DNA from: the human T2T-CHM13v2.0 reference genome, Homo sapiens
Length of the DNA stretch: 64,000 bases
Direction: 5' to 3' (one strand)
Assembly (NCBI RefSeq): GCF_009914755.1
Contig: NC_060947.1
In this document: piece by piece, positions 58,390-64,000 of the stretch
How positions within the stretch are numbered: position 1 is the stretch's first letter
How the letters are laid out: each line of letters opens with the position of its first letter
The notes under the pieces: model-generated
The model's input: only the letters and a program-made list of their open reading frames with translations
The model's database searches: none
Told to the model about the DNA's origin: nothing
Position numbers and translations under genes: made by a program

Positions 58390-58750
58390 ACCTCATGGTA
58401 ACATAGAGTAGAATAGTGGTTACCAGGGGCTAAGAAGCAGGTTAAAAGGGGAAATACTGATCAAAGGTTATAAACATTTAATTATAAAATGAATAATTTC
58501 TTTAGTCTTAAGGTACAAAATGGTGACATTAGTTAATAATAGTGTATTGCAGGTTTGAAATATTCTATGATAGTAGACCACAAGCTTTCTCACCAGAAAA
58601 ACAAAAAGTGGTAACTATGTGAGATAACAGATATGCTAAATGCCTTGACTGTGGTAATACTTTACAATGTAAACATATATCAAACATCATGTCATCCATC
58701 TTTAATATGTACAATATTTATTTTTCAGTAATACCTCAATGAAGATTAAA
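58390..58750 (+). mobile_element. Old L1M (MA/MB) 3' end fragment
   Basis: agagtagaatagtggttaccagggg...ggtaactatgtgag...atatatcaaacatcatg, typical of L1MA/MB 3'UTR. Confidence 0.7.
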
Positions 58751-58879
58751 GTTGTTTTTGGAAAACAAAATTATCAATATTTGGGACCCTAATGAGAAAT
58801 CTTGAGGATTATGTCGTAGTATTAGTATGTTAATAAAACCCTGCAGGTGGTTCTAATGAAAAATAGGGTTAAGATTTGG

Positions 58880-59400
58880 TTATCACCTGGGACTCTTTCT
58901 TCTGAGATCTTTAATTCCTATATTTAACCCATATGTTATACAACTTATTTTTTTTTTACCCTTTTTCTTTACCCTCTTAATACCCCCAGGCTAGCAGCTC
59001 TTCTGTATTTTTCAATCTCTCAGCCCATTTCTGACATCACTTTTTCCCAAACTAATTTGAACCTACTGTCCATTATGTAATCAACAATTTTCTCAATATT
59101 ATCTCTGTTTTTGCACATTGGTTGTTTTATTATAATTTCCCTGCAGGAACCTCATCCTGAGTTGATTTAACCATTCATCCTTTCCACTCTTTCGACTGGA
59201 ATAAAGAGTGCTGCTGGAGAGAATTACAGAGCTGGGCCCTCAAGGCTTCCAGAAACTCTTAGGTATTTCTATTTAAGTACCTCTCATCAAAAGCTATTCT
59301 AACCCTTCTCTTCTTAATCTTCTAACACGTGTCTCATAGTCTTAATTCTCAGCAGATTAAACTGTTTTGCTTCACTGGAAAACCAATGTTGAAACTTCAG
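58880..59400 (+). mobile_element. Highly degraded L2-like remnant
   Basis: Pyrimidine-rich; gagtgctgctggagagaattaca resembles L2 ORF2. Weak recognition. Confidence 0.35.
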
Positions 59401-59460
59401 TTTCCTAACATTCACTCACCCACTGTTTGGGCAGTGATAGATGACATGATGAATACATAC

Positions 59461-59502
59461 AGAAACAGAGAGACAGACAGAGAGAGAGAGAGAGAGAGAG
59501 AT
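59461..59502. repeat. (GA)n/(GACA)n microsatellite
   Basis: agaaacagagagacagacagagagagag... read directly. Confidence 0.9.
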
Positions 59503-60099
59503 AGGACTAAAGCGTCTGTGCATATGTGTGGTGTTGAAAGCTGCCAGGTCAGGGTTTCTGAGATTCCACCTCTTATCAGAAAACTTCTTTGACTTTGGTT
59601 TGTAACCTGTAAAATGGGCCCAATTCAACAGGCTTCTGTGCCTATTATTCTTTCCTTCCTTTCATAGTGGAATAGTCTCTTTCTTCAATAAGAATCACTA
59701 CAATTTTGTTTTTTTATCGAATCTCATCCTATCTCCTCAGGCAACTTGTTCTGTATTCCTTTTATTATCTTTATTTTTAGCTTACAAAAAATCTCAAGTC
59801 TCTCTCATTCTAAAACACTTAAGAAAGGAAAGGTATTTCTATGCTTTTTTAATATGCTAATCTCCTTGCTAGAGAAGTCAATATTTTCTGAGACCATTTA
59901 ATTCATTCAATAAACCAACACTGATTTAGAGGTACAGAATAGTATAGTGGTTAATAGGGTAGAATCTGGAGTCAGACTTTCTGGGTTTGAATTCTGACTC
60001 TGCCACTTACTAGTTGTGGTGTCTTGGGCAAGTTACATTAACTACCTATCTCAGTTTCCTCAACTGTAAATTGGGGTTATTAATATTCAGCTCATTGGA

Positions 60100-62220
<2,121 letters not shown>

Positions 62221-62257
62221 TATTCAGCTCATTGGATTGTTGTGACAATCAAATGAG

Positions 62258-62368
62258 TACACACAGACACACACACACACTCCACACAAACACACATACA
62301 CATACATATATACATATATTTCTTATACATTTACATAGTAAGCTTACATAGTAAGCTTACATAGTAAG
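62258..62368. repeat. (CA)n/(TACA)n tract and 13-bp x3 tandem repeat TTACATAGTAAGC
   Basis: Read directly at 62258-62318 and 62331-62368. Confidence 0.85.
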
Positions 62369-62369
62369 T

Positions 62370-62478
62370 ACTTATTCAATATTTGCTATTATTATTATAG
62401 GTGCTGTTCTGAAGACTACAGCAGGGAACAAGATAGACATAATTCCTGCCCTCATGGAGTTTACATTCTGGTGGATAA
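62370..62478 (-). mobile_element. L2 fragment
   Basis: cctgccctcatggagtttacattctggtgg, typical of L2 3' region antisense. Confidence 0.6.
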
Positions 62479-63107
62479 CTCCCATGACATTTTTTCATTG
62501 AAAAGAACCTTCCCATTTTCATTCTCTCTGTATCAGTCTCTCTCTTTCTGTTCATATGTTTCTCATCTAGAATCTATCATCAGGCTCAAGTCTCTCAGAT
62601 CTTAAAAAAATATATCAAACCTACCCTCACAAATTACCACTCTCTTTCCTCATCTTCACAGCCAAATTATTTAAGCTAGTTTTTTATATATGCTGTTTGA
62701 ATTTGTGTATTATTTACATCTGAACCAACTGAAATATGACTTTTATCACCACCACTCCACTGAAACAACTTTTACAAAATCTTAAATGATCTACATGTAA
62801 ATCTAAGTGACACATTTTAGTCATTCCCTACTTGAACTTTTTTTGTTGAAATACTCTCTTCTCTTGATCCCTTGTTGAAATACTCTCTTATATACTTCCT
62901 CCATCTCTAGTAATTTTTCTTTCTCTCCTTTGCAGGTTCTTCACCCTCTATATGCCCCTTATATTCCTTAGTCCCTGTTCTCCTCTTCCTTTGTTTCCAT
63001 AGATGCTTTCTTGTCTATTCCTAATCTTGTCTCCAGATTTTCCATTATTCATCCTTCATTCTGGGGCCAAAGTGACCTATACCATATGCATAAATTATTA
63101 CTATGTG

Positions 63108-63419
<312 letters not shown>

Positions 63420-63579
63420 CTCTCCTGCTTAAGATATTTTAATTCCTCTCTATAACAAATGAGATAAATAATATGATACAGAAGGTTCTGCATGTCATGG
63501 TGACTGCTTTTATTTCTACCCTGACTTATATTTGATATTCTAGAAATACTTCATTTGTTGTAATTACCTGTACTCAACA

Positions 63580-63975
63580 TGCTGTTTCATACTAGAATGT
63601 CTTACACCTAGAATGCCTGTTCTCTTGTTTTTACATAGCTAACTTCTACCTATTTTTTTTAATTAATCTCTCATATTACCTTCTCCAGTAAGCCTTCCCT
63701 GGTTACCTCTGGTTGAACTAAATGTCCTTCTTCTACATTCTGAAAGCTTGCTGGACATATCTCTATTACTGCTTCTGCCATATTATGGTGAAATTTATTG
63801 TATACATATTTGTCTTACATACCAAGGTTAAAGCTTCTTTATTTACACTTGATCTTAGCCAAAAAGCCAAAAGGTAATAAAGCTTCTTTATTTAAAGACA
63901 GTGGCTATCCATATTTCAATTTTCTGTTCCCAGATTGTAGCATAGTTCTCAATAAATATTTGTTAAACTAAACAG
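63580..63975 (+). mobile_element. L2 3' end remnant
   Basis: cctagaatgcc...aagccttccct...ctcaataaatatttgttaaa. Confidence 0.55.
63844..63878 (-). pseudogene. U2 snRNA 5' fragment (tailless retropseudogene, ~35 nt)
   Basis: Reverse complement ATTACCTTTTGGCTTTTTGGCTAAGATCAAGTGTA versus U2 5' end ATCGCTTCTCGGCCTTTTGGCTAAGATCAAGTGTA; flanked by direct repeat TAAAGCTTCTTTATTTA (63829-63845, 63878-63894). Confidence 0.9.
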
Positions 63976-64000
63976 CATGTACAAAAACATGCATGTGTAG

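Noticed and set aside
59138-59268. Possible exon (ttccctgcag|...ttag|gtattt)
   Set aside because: No supporting ORF or partner exons, and it lies in L2-like degraded sequence; RNA data would be needed.

Overview
Primate (human-like) AT-rich genomic DNA that is almost entirely transposable-element derived; no host protein-coding exon or intact ORF could be supported. Most of the ORF track is fragments of LINE-1 ORF1/ORF2, ERV-L gag/pol, or antisense artefacts of these. An old minus-strand L1 (pieces from ~5009 to ~36040) hosts a full-length L1PA3-like element, an L1PA13-16-like element (itself holding a twin-primed inverted L1 and an Alu), a double-3'-ended L1PA8-like composite, and a THE1 (MaLR) provirus (holding an Alu and an L1PA5-like copy). 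Next comes a near-complete HERV-L/MLT2A2-type provirus (37622-50596) carrying a full-length L1PA7-like element and an Alu, then further L1s, Alus, MIR/L2 remnants and a 35-nt U2 snRNA tailless retropseudogene. Most junctions are supported by readable target-site duplications (TSDs). I found no evidence for a new gene system. The strongest leads are a head-to-head ~5-kb L1 inverted repeat, a mosaic of shared non-consensus substitutions among three neighbouring young L1s (possible gene conversion), and candidate 3' transductions. Subfamily names come from recalled diagnostic motifs and need RepeatMasker/Dfam confirmation.
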